Part shown: piece by piece, positions 42,671 to 57,705 of the stretch | How the letters are laid out: the number at the start of each line of letters is the position of its first letter | Position numbering within the stretch: the first letter of the stretch is position 1 | NCBI GenBank assembly: GCA_963920595.1 | Contig: OY986947.1 | Coordinates: 372,001 to 436,000 of the forward strand | From: Eimeria praecox | Taxonomy: Eukaryota | Direction: 5' to 3' | DNA: 64,000 nucleotides | The notes under the pieces: generated by a model | The model's input: the letters and a program-made list of their open reading frames with translations, nothing else | The model's database searches: none | What the model was told of the DNA's origin: nothing | Program-made: the position numbers and the translations under genes

Positions 42671-44424
42671 AAACGTCTTACCGACAGGGCCTAACCGTGT
42701 CCCCAGTACCACACCCAATCATCCAAATAATCATACATCTTGCGTTTCTACCTCAACAAGCCCGCACACGCAAACACTCAACATCCAACACCCTCCCACC
42801 CCGTGGCAAACCTCCCACAACACAAGCGCCGCAAAAAAACCCACACCGTCACCAACCGGCCCCTGGCGAGCCGATCGTGTGTGCCGCATCTAATGCAATT
42901 GGCCCGCGCCTCTACGCTTGAGGCTCTTAGAGTGTTTCGATATTAAAACCACATCCACCCACGTTCTGCTGCACAAGGGAAACAGCGGCGCACCACAACC
43001 CCCCGGATGAGCACGATTCTTGCCTTTTTGACCATCCCGCTCAACAGGGTTTTCATGCATCCGCTTACAAGCAGCTCCACACAACAGGCAGTGGACCCAT
43101 GCTTCAAAACGGCTTACCGACAGGGCCTAACCGTGTCCCCAGTACCACACCCAATCATCCAAATAATCATACATCTTGCGTTTCTACCTCAACACGCCCG
43201 CACACGCAAACACTCAACATCCAACACCCTCCCACCCAGTGGCAAACCTCCCACAACACAAGCGCCGAAAAAAAACCCACACCGTCACCAGCCGGCCCCT
43301 GGCGAGCCGATCGTGTGTGCCGCATCTAATGCAATTTGCCCGCGCCTCTACGCTTGAGGCTCTTAGAGTGTTTCGATATTAAAACCACATCCACCCACGT
43401 TCTGCTGCACAAGGGAAATGAGCGGCGCACCACAACCCCCCGGATGAGCACGATTCTTGCCTTTTTGACCATCCTGCTCAACAGTGTTGTCATGCATCCG
43501 CTTCCGCGCAGCTCCACACAACAGGCAGTGGACCCATGCTTCAAAACGTCTTACCGACAGGGCCTAACCGTGTCCCCAATACCACACCCAATCATCCAAA
43601 TAATCATACATCTTGCGTTTCTACCTCAACACGCCCGCACACGCAAACACTCAACATCCAACACCCTCCCACGCAGTGGCAAACCTCCCACAACACCAGC
43701 GCCGAAAAAAAGCCCACACCGTCACCAGCCGGCCCCTGGCGAGCCGATCGTGTGTGCCGCAACGTGTGATGGAATTGGCCCGTGCCTCCACCCTGCACAC
43801 TCTTCCAGTTTTCGAAATTACAACCACATCCGCGCACTTCCTGCTGCACAAGGAAATGAGCGGCGCACCACAAGCCCCCGGATGAGCACGATTCTTGCCT
43901 TTTTGACCATCCTGCTCAACAGTGTTTTCATGCATCCGCTTCCAAGCAGCTCCGCACAACAGGCAGTGGACCCATGCTTCAAAACGGCTTACCGACAGGG
44001 CCTAACCGTGTCCCCAATACCACACCCAATCGTCCAAACCATCATACATATGGCGTTTCTACCTCAACACGCCCGCACACGCAAACACTCAACATCCAAC
44101 ACCCTCCCACCCAGTGGCAAACCTCCCACAACACCAGTGCCGAAAAAAAACCCACACCGTCACCAGCCGGCCCCTGGCGAGCCGATCGTGTGTGCCGCAT
44201 CTAATGCAATTGGCCCGCGCCTCTACGCTTGAGGCTCTTAGAGTGTTTCGATATTAAAACCACATCCACCCACGTTCTGCTGCACAAGGAAATGAGCGGC
44301 GCACCACAACCCCCCGGATGAGCACGATTCTTGCCTTTTTGACCATCCTGCTCAACAGTGTTTTCATGCATCCGCTTCCACGCAGCTCCACACAACAGGC
44401 AGTGGACCCATGCTTCAAAACGGC

Positions 44425-46393
44425 TTACCGACAGGGCCTAACCGTGTCCCCAATACCACACCCAATCATCCAAATAATCATACATCTTGCGTTTCTACCT
44501 CAACACGCCCGCACACGCAAACACTCAACATCCAACACCCTCCCACGCAGTGGCAAACCTCCCACAACACCAGTGCCGAAAAAAAACCCACACCGTCACC
44601 AGCCGGCCCCTGGCGAGCCGATCGTGTGTGCCGCAACGTGTCACGGAATTGGCCCGTGCCTCCACCCTGCACTCTCTTCCAGTGTTTCGAAATTACAACC
44701 ACATCCGCGCACTTCCTGCTGCACAAGGAAATGAGCGGCGCACCACAACCCCCCGGATGAGCACGATTCTTGCCTTTTTGACCATCCTGCTCAACAGTGT
44801 TTTCATGCATCCGCTTCCACGCAGCTCCACACAACACGCAGTGGACCCATGCTTCAAAACGGCTTACCGACAGGGCCTAACCGTGTCCTCAATACCACAC
44901 CCAATCGTCCAGACCATCATACATATGGCGTTTCTACCTCAACACGCCCGCACACGCAAACACTCAACATCCAACACCCTCCCACGCAGTGGCAAACCTC
45001 CCACAACACCAGTGCCGAAAAAAAACCCACACCGTCACCAGCCGGCCCCTGGCGAGCCGATCGTGTGTGCCGCATCTAATGCAATTGGCCCGCGCCTCTA
45101 CGCTTGAGGCTCTTAGAGTGTTTCGATATTAAAACCACATCCACCCACGTTCTGCTGCACAAGGGAAATGAGCGGCGCACCACAACCCCCCGGATGAGCA
45201 CGATTCTTGCCTTTTTGACCATCCTGCTCAACAGTGTTGTCATGCATCCGCTTACAAGCAGCTCCACACAACAGGCAGTGGACCCATGCTTCAAAACGTC
45301 TTACCGACAGGGCCTAACCGTGTCCCCAATACCACACCCAATCATCCAAATAATCATACATCTTGCGTTTCTACCTCAACACGCCCGCACACGCAAACAC
45401 TCAACATCCAACACCCTCCCACGCAGTGGCAAACCTCCCACAACACCAGTGCCGAAAAAAAACCCACACCGTCACCAGCCGGCCCCTGGCGAGCCGATCG
45501 TGTGTGCCGCAACGTGTCACGGAATTGGCCCGTGCCTCCACCCTGCACTCTCTTCCAGTGTTTCGAAATTACAACCACATCCGCGCACTTCCTGCTGCAC
45601 AAGGAAATGAGCGGCGCACCACAACCCCCCGGATGAGCACGATTCTTGCCTTTTTGACCATCCTGCTCAACAGTGTTTTCATGCATCCGCTTCCACGCAG
45701 CTCCACACAACACGCAGTGGACCCATGCTTCAAAACGGCTTACCGACAGGGCCTAACCGTGTCCTCAATACCACACCCAATCGTCCAGACCATCATACAT
45801 ATGGCGTTTCTACCTCAACACGCCCGCACACGCAAACACTCAACATCCAACACCCTCCCACGCAGTGGCAAACCTCCCACAACACCAGTGCCGAAAAAAA
45901 ACCCACACCGTCACCAGCCGGCCCCTGGCGAGCCGATCGTGTGTGCCGCATCTAATGCAATTGGCCCGCGCCTCTACGCTTGAGGCTCTTAGAGTGTTTC
46001 GATATTAAAACCACATCCACCCACGTTCTGCTGCACAAGGGAAATGAGCGGCGCACCACAACCCCCCGGATGAGCACGATTCTTGCCTTTTTGACCATCC
46101 TGCTCAACAGTGTTGTCATGCATCCGCTTACAAGCAGCTCCACACAACAGGCAGTGGACCCATGCTTCAAAACGTCTTACCGACAGGGCCTAACCGTGTC
46201 CCCAATACCACACCCAATCATCCAAATAATCATACATCTTGCGTTTCTACCTCAACACGCCCGCACACGCAAACACTCAACATCCAACACCCTCCCACGC
46301 AGTGGCAAACCTCCCACAACACCAGTGCCGAAAAAAAACCCACACCGTCACCAGCCGGCCCCTGGCGAGCCGATCGTGTGTGCCGCAACGTGT
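44425..46393 (+). repeat. 2-monomer HOR (Y-X, 876 bp), just over 2 copies
   Basis: ORF pairs 44487/45363, 44849/45725, 45076/45952 are offset 876 with identical translations. Confidence 0.88.
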
Positions 46394-49300
46394 GATGGAA
46401 TTGGCCCGTGCCTCCACCCTGCACACTCTTCCAGTTTTCGAAATTACAACCACATCCGCGCACTTCCTGCTGCACAAGGAAATGAGCGGCGCACCACAAG
46501 CCCCCGGATGAGCACGATTCTTGCCTTTTTGACCATCCTGCTCAACAGTGTTTTCATGCATCCGCTTCCACGCAGCTCCACACAACAGGCAGTGGACCCA
46601 TGCTTCAAAACGTCTTACCGACAGGGCCTAACCGTGTCCTCAATACCACACCCAATCGTCCAAACCATCATACATATGGCGTTTCTACCTCAACACGCCC
46701 GCACACGCAAACACTCAACATCCAACACCCTCCCACGCAGTGGCAAACCTCCCACAACGCCAGCGCCGAAAAAAAGCCCACACCGTCACCAGCCGGCCCC
46801 TGGCGAGCCGATCGTGTGTGCCGCAACGTGTGATGGAATTGGCCCGTGCCTCCACCCTGCACACTCTTCCAGTTTTCGAAATTACAACCACATCCGCGCA
46901 CTTCCTGCTGCACAAGGAAATGAGCGGCGCACCACAACCCCCCGGATGAGCACGATTCTTGCCTTTTTGACCATCCTGCTCAACAGTGTTGTCATGCATC
47001 CGCTTACAAGCAGCTCCACACAACAGGCAGTGGACCCATGCTTCAAAACGGCTTACCGACAGGGCCTAACCGTGTCCCCAATACCACACCCAATCATCCA
47101 AATAATCATACATCTTGCGTTTCTACCTCAACACGCCCGCACACGCAAACACTCAACATCCAACACCCTCCCACGCAGTGGCAAACCTCCCACAACACCA
47201 GTGCCGAAAAAAAACCCACACCGTCACCAGCCGGCCCCTGGCGAGCCGATCGTGTGTGCCGCAACGTGTCACGGAATTGGCCCGTGCCTCCACCCTGCAC
47301 TCTCTTCCAGTGTTTCGAAATTACAACCACATCCGCGCACTTCCTGCTGCACAAGGAAATGAGCGGCGCACCACAACCCCCCGGATGAGCACGATTCTTG
47401 CCTTTTTGACCATCCTGCTCAACAGTGTTTTCATGCATCCGCTTCCACGCAGCTCCACACAACACGCAGTGGACCCATGCTTCAAAACGGCTTACCGACA
47501 GGGCCTAACCGTGTCCTCAATACCACACCCAATCGTCCAGACCATCATACATATGGCGTTTCTACCTCAACACGCCCGCACACGCAAACACTCAACATCC
47601 AACACCCTCCCACGCAGTGGCAAACCTCCCACAACACCAGTGCCGAAAAAAAACCCACACCGTCACCAGCCGGCCCCTGGCGAGCCGATCGTGTGTGCCG
47701 CAACGTGTGATGGAATTGGCCCGTGCCTCCACCCTGCACACTCTTCCAGTTTTCGAAATTACAACCACATCCGCGCACTTCCTGCTGCACAAGGAAATGA
47801 GCGGCGCACCACAAGCCCCCGGATGAGCACGATTCTTGCCTTTTTGACCATCCTGCTCAACAGTGTTTTCATGCATCCGCTTCCACGCAGCTCCACACAA
47901 CAGGCAGTGGACCCATGCTTCAAAACGTCTTACCGACAGGGCCTAACCGTGTCCCCAATACCACACCCAATCATCCAAATAATCATACATCTTGCGTTTC
48001 TACCTCAACACGCCCGCACACGCAAACACTCAACATCCAACACCCTCCCACGCAGTGGCAAACCTCCCACAACACCAGTGCCGAAAAAAAACCCACACCG
48101 TCACCAGCCGGCCCCTGGCGAGCCGATCGTGTGTGCCGCAACGTGTGATGGAATTGGCCCGTGCCTCCACCCTGCACACTCTTCCAGTTTTCGAAATTAC
48201 AACCACATCCGCGCACTTCCTGCTGCACAAGGAAATGAGCGGCGCACCACAAGCCCCCGGATGAGCACGATTCTTGCCTTTTTGACCATCCTGCTCAACA
48301 GTGTTTTCATGCATCCGCTTCCACGCAGCTCCACACAACAGGCAGTGGACCCATGCTTCAAAACGTCTTACCGACAGGGCCTAACCGTGTCCTCAATACC
48401 ACACCCAATCGTCCAAACCATCATACATATGGCGTTTCTACCTCAACACGCCCGCACACGCAAACACTCAACATCCAACACCCTCCCACGCAGTGGCAAA
48501 CCTCCCACAACGCCAGCGCCGAAAAAAAGCCCACACCGTCACCAGCCGGCCCCTGGCGAGCCGATCGTGTGTGCCGCAACGTGTGATGGAATTGGCCCGT
48601 GCCTCCACCCTGCACACTCTTCCAGTTTTCGAAATTACAACCACATCCGCGCACTTCCTGCTGCACAAGGAAATGAGCGGCGCACCACAACCCCCCGGAT
48701 GAGCACGATTCTTGCCTTTTTGACCATCCTGCTCAACAGTGTTGTCATGCATCCGCTTACAAGCAGCTCCACACAACAGGCAGTGGACCCATGCTTCAAA
48801 ACGGCTTACCGACAGGGCCTAACCGTGTCCCCAATACCACACCCAATCATCCAAATAATCATACATCTTGCGTTTCTACCTCAACACGCCCGCACACGCA
48901 AACACTCAACATCCAACACCCTCCCACGCAGTGGCAAACCTCCCACAACACCAGTGCCGAAAAAAAACCCACACCGTCACCAGCCGGCCCCTGGCGAGCC
49001 GATCGTGTGTGCCGCAACGTGTCACGGAATTGGCCCGTGCCTCCACCCTGCACTCTCTTCCAGTGTTTCGAAATTACAACCACATCCGCGCACTTCCTGC
49101 TGCACAAGGAAATGAGCGGCGCACCACAACCCCCCGGATGAGCACGATTCTTGCCTTTTTGACCATCCTGCTCAACAGTGTTTTCATGCATCCGCTTCCA
49201 CGCAGCTCCACACAACACGCAGTGGACCCATGCTTCAAAACGGCTTACCGACAGGGCCTAACCGTGTCCTCAATACCACACCCAATCGTCCAGACCATCA

Positions 49301-49630
49301 TACATATGGCGTTTCTACCTCAACACGCCCGCACACGCAAACACTCAACATCCAACACCCTCCCACGCAGTGGCAAACCTCCCACAACACCAGTGCCGAA
49401 AAAAAACCCACACCGTCACCAGCCGGCCCCTGGCGAGCCGATCGTGTGTGCCGCAACGTGTGATGGAATTGGCCCGTGCCTCCACCCTGCACTCTCTTCC
49501 AGTTTTCGAAATTACAACCACATCCGCGCACTTCCTGCTGCACAAGGAAATGAGCGGCGCACCACAAGCCCCCGGATGAGCACGATTCTTGCCTTTTTGA
49601 CCATCCTGCTCAACAGTGTTTTCATGCATC
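46136..49630 (+). repeat. 4-monomer HOR (all Y, 1,753 bp), 2 copies
   Basis: ORF pairs 46162/47915, 46600/48353, 47038/48791, 47477/49230 are offset 1,753. Private variant cacaacgccagcgcc occurs in both copies. Confidence 0.88.
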
Positions 49631-52600
49631 CGCTTACAAGCAGCTCCACACAACAGGCAGTGGACCCATGCTTCAAAACGTCTTACCGACAGGGCCTAAC
49701 CGTGTCCCCAGTACCACACCCAATCATCCAAATAATCATACATCTTGCGTTTCTACCTCAACACGCCCGCACACGCAAACACTCAACATCCAACACCCTC
49801 CCACCCAGTGGCAAACCTCCCACAACACAAGCGCCGCAAAAAAACCCACACCGTCACCAACCGGCCCCTGGCGAGCCGATCGTGTGTGCCGCATCTAATG
49901 CAATTGGCCCGCGCCTCTACGCTTGAGGCTCTTAGAGTGTTTCGATATTAAAACCACATCCACCCACGTCCTGCTGCACAAGGGAAATGAGCGGCGCACC
50001 ACAAGCCCCCGGATGAGCACGATTCTTGCCTTTTTGACCATCCCGCTCAACAGGGTTTTCATGCATCCGCTTACAAGCAGCTCCACACAACAGGCAGTGG
50101 ACCCATGCTTCAAAACGTCTTACCGACAGGGCCTAACCGTGTCCCCAGTACCTCACCCAATCGTCCAAACCATCATACATATGGCGTTTCTACCTCAACA
50201 CGCCCGCACACGCAAACACTCAACATCCAACACCCTCCCACCCAGTGGCAAACCTCCCACAACACAAGCGCCGAAAAAAAACCCACACCGTCACCAGCCG
50301 GCCCCTGGCGAGCCGATCGTGTGTGCCGCATCTAATGCAATTGGCCCGCGCCTCTACGCTTGAGGCTCTTAGAGTGTTTCGATATTAAAACCACATCCAC
50401 CCACGTTCTGCTGCACAAGGGAAATGAGCGGCGCACCACAACCCCCCGGATGAGCACGATTCTTGCCTTTTTGACCATCCTGCTCAACAGTGTTGTCATG
50501 CATCCGCTTACAAGCAGCTCCACACAACAGGCAGTGGACCCATGCTTCAAAACGTCTTACCGACAGGGCCTAACCGTGTCCCCAATACCACACCCAATCA
50601 TCCAAATAATCATACATCTTGCGTTTCTACCTCAACACGCCCGCACACGCAAACACTCAACATCCAACACCCCCCCACGCAGTGGCAAACCTCCCACAAC
50701 ACCAGTGCCGAAAAAAAACCCACACCGTCACCAGCCGGCCCCTGGCGAGCCGATCGTGTGTGCCGCAACGTGTGATGGAATTGGCCCGTGCCTCCACCCT
50801 GCACACTCTTCCAGTTTTCGAAATTACAACCACATCCGCGCACTTCCTGCTGCACAAGGAAATGAGCGGCGCACCACAAGCCCCCGGATGAGCACGATTC
50901 TTGCCTTTTTGACCATCCTGCTCAACAGTGTTTTCATGCATCCGCTTCCACGCAGCTCCACACAACAGGCAGTGGACCCATGCTTCAAAACGTCTTACCG
51001 ACAGGGCCTAACCGTGTCCTCAATACCACACCCAATCGTCCAAACCATCATACATATGGCGTTTCTACCTCAACACGCCCGCACACGCAAACACTCAACA
51101 TCCAACACCCTCCCACGCAGTGGCAAACCTCCCACAACACCAGCGCCGAAAAAAAGCCCACACCGTCACCAGCCGGCCCCTGGCGAGCCGATCGTGTGTG
51201 CCGCAACGTGTGATGGAATTGGCCCGTGCCTCCACCCTGCACACTCTTCCAGTTTTCGAAATTACAACCACATCCGCGCACTTCCTGCTGCACAAGGAAA
51301 TGATCGGCGCACCACAACCCCCCGGATGAGCACGATTCTTGCCTTTTTGACCATCCTGCTCAACAGTGTTTTCATGCATCCGCTTCCAAGCAGCTCCGCA
51401 CAACAGGCAGTGGACCCATGCTTCAAAACGTCTTACCGACAGGGCCTAACCCTGTCCCCAATACCACACCCAATCGTCCAAACCATCATACATATGGCGT
51501 TTCTACCTCAACACGCCCGCACACGCAAACACTCAACATCCAACACCCTCCCACCCAGTGGCAAACCTCCCACAACACCAGTGCCGAAAAAGAACCCACA
51601 CCGTCACCAGCCGGCCCCTGGCGAGCCGATCGTGTGTGCCGCATCTAATGCAATTGGCCCGCGCCTCTACGCTTGAGGCTCTTAGAGTGTTTCGATATTA
51701 AAACCACATCCACCCACGTCCTGCTGCACAAGGGAAATGAGCGGCGCACCACAAGCCCCCGGATGAGCACGATTCTTGCCTTTTTGACCATCCCGCTCAA
51801 CAGGGTTTTCATGCATCCGCTTACAAGCAGCTCCGCACAACAGGCAGTGGGCCCATGCTTCAAAACGGCTTACCGACAGGGCCTAACCGTGTCCTCAATA
51901 CCACATCCAATCGTCCAAACCTTCATACATCTTGCGTTTCTACCTCAACACGCCCGCACACGCAAACACTCAACATCCAACACCCTCCCACGCAGTGGCA
52001 AACCTCCCACAACACCAGCGCCGAAAACGACCCAGATCGTACCCAGTCGCGCTATTGCCAGCCGATCTTGGCAGCCGCATCTAATGCAATTTGCCCGCGC
52101 CTCTACGCTTGAGGCTCTTAGAGTGTTTCGATATTAAAACCATATCCACCCACGTTCTGCTGCACAAGGGAAATAAGCGGCGCACTACAACCCCCCGGAT
52201 GAGCACGATTCTTGCCCTTTTGACCATCCCGCTCAACAGGGGTTTCATGCATCCGCTTCCAAGCAGCTCCACACAACAGGCAGTGGACCCATGCTTCAAA
52301 ACGGCTTACCGACAGGGCCTAAAACTGTCCCCAATACCACCCCTTACGTCCAAACCATCACACATCTGGCGTTTCTACCTCAACAAGCCCGCACACGCAA
52401 ACACTCAACATCCAACACCCTCCCACCCAGTGGCAAACCTCCCACAACACCAGCGCCGAAAAAAAACCCACACCGTCACCAGCCGGCCCCTGGCGAGCCG
52501 ATCGTGTGTGCCGCAGCGTGTGATGGAATGGGCCCGTGCCTCCACCCTGCACACTCTTCCAGTGTTTCGAAATTACAACCACATCCACCCACGTTCTGCT

Positions 52601-55600
52601 GCACAAGGAAATGAGCGGCGCTCCACAACCCCCCGGATGAGCACGATTCTTGCCTTTTTGACCATCCCGCTCAACAGTGTTGTCATGCATCCGCTTCCAA
52701 GCAGCTCCGCACAACAGGCAGTGGACCCATGCTTCAAAACGGCTTACCGACAGGGCCTAACCGTGTCCTCAATACCACACCCAATGGTCCAAACCATCAT
52801 ACATATGGCGTTTCTACCTCAACACGCCCGCACACGCAAACACTCAACATCCAACACCCTCCCACGCAGTGGCAAACCTCCCACAACACCAGTGCCGAAA
52901 AAAAACCCACACCGTCACCAGCCGGCCCCTGGCGAGCCGATCGTGTGTGCCGCAACGTGTGATGGAATTGGCCCGTGCCTCCACCCTGCACACTCTTCCA
53001 GTTTTCGAAATTACAACCACATCCGCGCACTTCCTGCTGCACAAGGAAATGAGCGGCGCACCACAAGCCCCCGGATGAGCACGATTCTTGCCTTTTTGAC
53101 CATCCTGCTCAACAGTGTTTTCATGCATCCGCTTCCACGCAGCTCCACACAACAGGCAGTGGACCCATGCTTCAAAACGTCTTACCGACAGGGCCTAACC
53201 GTGTCCTCAATACCACACCCAATCGTCCAAACCATCATACATATGGCGTTTCTACCTCAACACGCCCGCACACGCAAACACTCAACATCCAACACCCTCC
53301 CACGCAGTGGCAAACCTCCCACAACACCAGCGCCGAAAAAAAGCCCACACCGTCACCAGCCGGCCCCTGGCGAGCCGATCGTGTGTGCCGCAACGTGTGA
53401 TGGAATTGGCCCGTGCCTCCACCCTGCACACTCTTCCAGTTTTCGAAATTACAACCACATCCGCGCACTTCCTGCTGCACAAGGAAATGAGCGGCGCACC
53501 ACAACCCCCCGGATGAGCACGATTCTTGCCTTTTTGACCATCCTGCTCAACAGTGTTGTCATGCATCCGCTTACAAGCAGCTCCACACAACAGGCAGTGG
53601 ACCCATGCTTCAAAACGGCTTACCGACAGGGCCTAACCGTGTCCCCAATACCACACCCAATCATCCAAATAATCATACATCTTGCGTTTCTACCTCAACA
53701 CGCCCGCACACGCAAACACTCAACATCCAACACCCTCCCACGCAGTGGCAAACCTCCCACAACACCAGTGCCGAAAAAAAACCCACACCGTCACCAGCCG
53801 GCCCCTGGCGAGCCGATCGTGTGTGCCGCAACGTGTCACGGAATTGGCCCGTGCCTCCACCCTGCACTCTCTTCCAGTGTTTCGAAATTACAACCACATC
53901 CGCGCACTTCCTGCTGCACAAGGAAATGAGCGGCGCACCACAACCCCCCGGATGAGCACGATTCTTGCCTTTTTGACCATCCTGCTCAACAGTGTTTTCA
54001 TGCATCCGCTTCCACGCAGCTCCACACAACACGCAGTGGACCCATGCTTCAAAACGGCTTACCGACAGGGCCTAACCGTGTCCTCAATACCACACCCAAT
54101 CGTCCAGACCATCATACATATGGCGTTTCTACCTCAACACGCCCGCACACGCAAACACTCAACATCCAACACCCTCCCACGCAGTGGCAAACCTCCCACA
54201 ACACCAGTGCCGAAAAAAAACCCACACCGTCACCAGCCGGCCCCTGGCGAGCCGATCGTGTGTGCCGCAACGTGTGATGGAATTGGCCCGTGCCTCCACC
54301 CTGCACTCTCTTCCAGTTTTCGAAATTACAACCACATCCGCGCACTTCCTGCTGCACAAGGAAATGAGCGGCGCACCACAAGCCCCCGGATGAGCACGAT
54401 TCTTGCCTTTTTGACCATCCTGCTCAACAGTGTTTTCATGCATCCGCTTACAAGCAGCTCCACACAACAGGCAGTGGACCCATGCTTCAAAACGTCTTAC
54501 CGACAGGGCCTAACCGTGTCCCCAGTACCACACCCAATCATCCAAATAATCATACATCTTGCGTTTCTACCTCAACACGCCCGCACACGCAAACACTCAA
54601 CATCCAACACCCTCCCACCCAGTGGCAAACCTCCCACAACACAAGCGCCGCAAAAAAACCCACACCGTCACCAACCGGCCCCTGGCGAGCCGATCGTGTG
54701 TGCCGCATCTAATGCAATTGGCCCGCGCCTCTACGCTTGAGGCTCTTAGAGTGTTTCGATATTAAAACCACATCCACCCACGTCCTGCTGCACAAGGGAA
54801 ATGAGCGGCGCACCACAAGCCCCCGGATGAGCACGATTCTTGCCTTTTTGACCATCCCGCTCAACAGGGTTTTCATGCATCCGCTTACAAGCAGCTCCAC
54901 ACAACAGGCAGTGGACCCATGCTTCAAAACGTCTTACCGACAGGGCCTAACCGTGTCCCCAGTACCTCACCCAATCGTCCAAACCATCATACATATGGCG
55001 TTTCTACCTCAACACGCCCGCACACGCAAACACTCAACATCCAACACCCTCCCACCCAGTGGCAAACCTCCCACAACACAAGCGCCGAAAAAAAACCCAC
55101 ACCGTCACCAGCCGGCCCCTGGCGAGCCGATCGTGTGTGCCGCATCTAATGCAATTGGCCCGCGCCTCTACGCTTGAGGCTCTTAGAGTGTTTCGATATT
55201 AAAACCACATCCACCCACGTTCTGCTGCACAAGGGAAATGAGCGGCGCACCACAACCCCCCGGATGAGCACGATTCTTGCCTTTTTGACCATCCTGCTCA
55301 ACAGTGTTGTCATGCATCCGCTTACAAGCAGCTCCACACAACAGGCAGTGGACCCATGCTTCAAAACGTCTTACCGACAGGGCCTAACCGTGTCCCCAAT
55401 ACCACACCCAATCATCCAAATAATCATACATCTTGCGTTTCTACCTCAACACGCCCGCACACGCAAACACTCAACATCCAACACCCTCCCACGCAGTGGC
55501 AAACCTCCCACAACACCAGTGCCGAAAAAAAACCCACACCGTCACCAGCCGGCCCCTGGCGAGCCGATCGTGTGTGCCGCAACGTGTGATGGAATTGGCC

Positions 55601-57705
55601 CGTGCCTCCACCCTGCACACTCTTCCAGTTTTCGAAATTACAACCACATCCGCGCACTTCCTGCTGCACAAGGAAATGAGCGGCGCACCACAAGCCCCCG
55701 GATGAGCACGATTCTTGCCTTTTTGACCATCCTGCTCAACAGTGTTTTCATGCATCCGCTTCCACGCAGCTCCACACAACAGGCAGTGGACCCATGCTTC
55801 AAAACGTCTTACCGACAGGGCCTAACCGTGTCCTCAATACCACACCCAATCGTCCAAACCATCATACATATGGCGTTTCTACCTCAACACGCCCGCACAC
55901 GCAAACACTCAACATCCAACACCCTCCCACGCAGTGGCAAACCTCCCACAACACCAGCGCCGAAAAAAAGCCCACACCGTCACCAGCCGGCCCCTGGCGA
56001 GCCGATCGTGTGTGCCGCAACGTGTGATGGAATTGGCCCGTGCCTCCACCCTGCACACTCTTCCAGTTTTCGAAATTACAACCACATCCGCGCACTTCCT
56101 GCTGCACAAGGAAATGATCGGCGCACCACAACCCCCCGGATGAGCACGATTCTTGCCTTTTTGACCATCCTGCTCAACAGTGTTTTCATGCATCCGCTTC
56201 CAAGCAGCTCCGCACAGCAGGCAGTGGACCCATGCTTCAAAACGGCTTACCGACAGGGCCTAACCCTGTCCCCAATACCACACCCAATCGTCCAAACCAT
56301 CATACATATGGCGTTTCTACCTCAACACGCCCGCACACGCAAACACTCAACATCCAACACCCTCCCACCCAGTGGCAAACCTCCCACAACACCAGTGCCG
56401 AAAAAGAACCCACACCGTCACCAGCCGGCCCCTGGCGAGCCGATCGTGTGTGCCGCATCTAATGCAATTGGCCCGCGCCTCTACGCTTGAGGCTCTTAGA
56501 GTGTTTCGATATTAAAACCACATCCACCCACGTCCTGCTGCACAAGGGAAATGAGCGGCGCACCACAAGCCCCCGGATGAGCACGATTCTTGCCTTTTTG
56601 ACCATCCCGCTCAACAGGGTTTTCATGCATCCGCTTACAAGCAGCTCCGCACAACAGGCAGTGGGCCCATGCTTCAAAACGGCTTACCGACAGGGCCTAA
56701 CCGTGTCCTCAATACCACATCCAATCGTCCAAACCTTCATACATCTTGCGTTTCTACCTCAACACGCCCGCACACGCAAACACTCAACATCCAACACCCT
56801 CCCACGCAGTGGCAAACCTCCCACAACACCAGCGCCGAAAACGACCCAGATCGTACCCAGTCGCGCTATTGCCAGCCGATCTTGGCAGCCGCATCTAATG
56901 CAATTTGCCCGCGCCTCTACGCTTGAGGCTCTTAGAGTGTTTCGATATTAAAACCATATCCACCCACGTTCTGCTGCACAAGGGAAATAAGCGGCGCACT
57001 ACAACCCCCCGGATGAGCACGATTCTTGCCCTTTTGACCATCCCGCTCAACAGGGGTTTCATGCATCCGCTTCCAAGCAGCTCCACACAACAGGCAGTGG
57101 ACCCATGCTTCAAAACGGCTTACCGACAGGGCCTAAAACTGTCCCCAATACCACCCCTTACGTCCAAACCATCACACATCTGGCGTTTCTACCTCAACAA
57201 GCCCGCACACGCAAACACTCAACATCCAACACCCTCCCACCCAGTGGCAAACCTCCCACAACACCAGCGCCGAAAAAAAACCCACACCGTCACCAGCCGG
57301 CCCCTGGCGAGCCGATCGTGTGTGCCGCAGCGTGTGATGGAATGGGCCCGTGCCTCCACCCTGCACACTCTTCCAGTGTTTCGAAATTACAACCACATCC
57401 ACCCACGTTCTGCTGCACAAGGAAATGAGCGGCGCTCCACAACCCCCCGGATGAGCACGATTCTTGCCTTTTTGACCATCCCGCTCAACAGTGTTGTCAT
57501 GCATCCGCTTCCAAGCAGCTCCGCACAACAGGCAGTGGACCCATGCTTCAAAACGGCTTACCGACAGGGCCTAACCGTGTCCTCAATACCACACCCAATG
57601 GTCCAAACCATCATACATATGGCGTTTCTACCTCAACACGCCCGCACACGCAAACACTCAACATCCAACACCCTCCCACGCAGTGGCAAACCTCCCACAA
57701 CACCA
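47996..57705 (+). repeat. 11-monomer (4,814-bp) tandem duplication
   Basis: Eleven consecutive ORF starts are offset 4,814 (48353/53167 through 52729/57543). Private variants aatgatcggcgc, cctaaaactgtcc, ccagtacctcacc and acgacccagatcgtacccag are each repeated at that offset. Confidence 0.94.
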
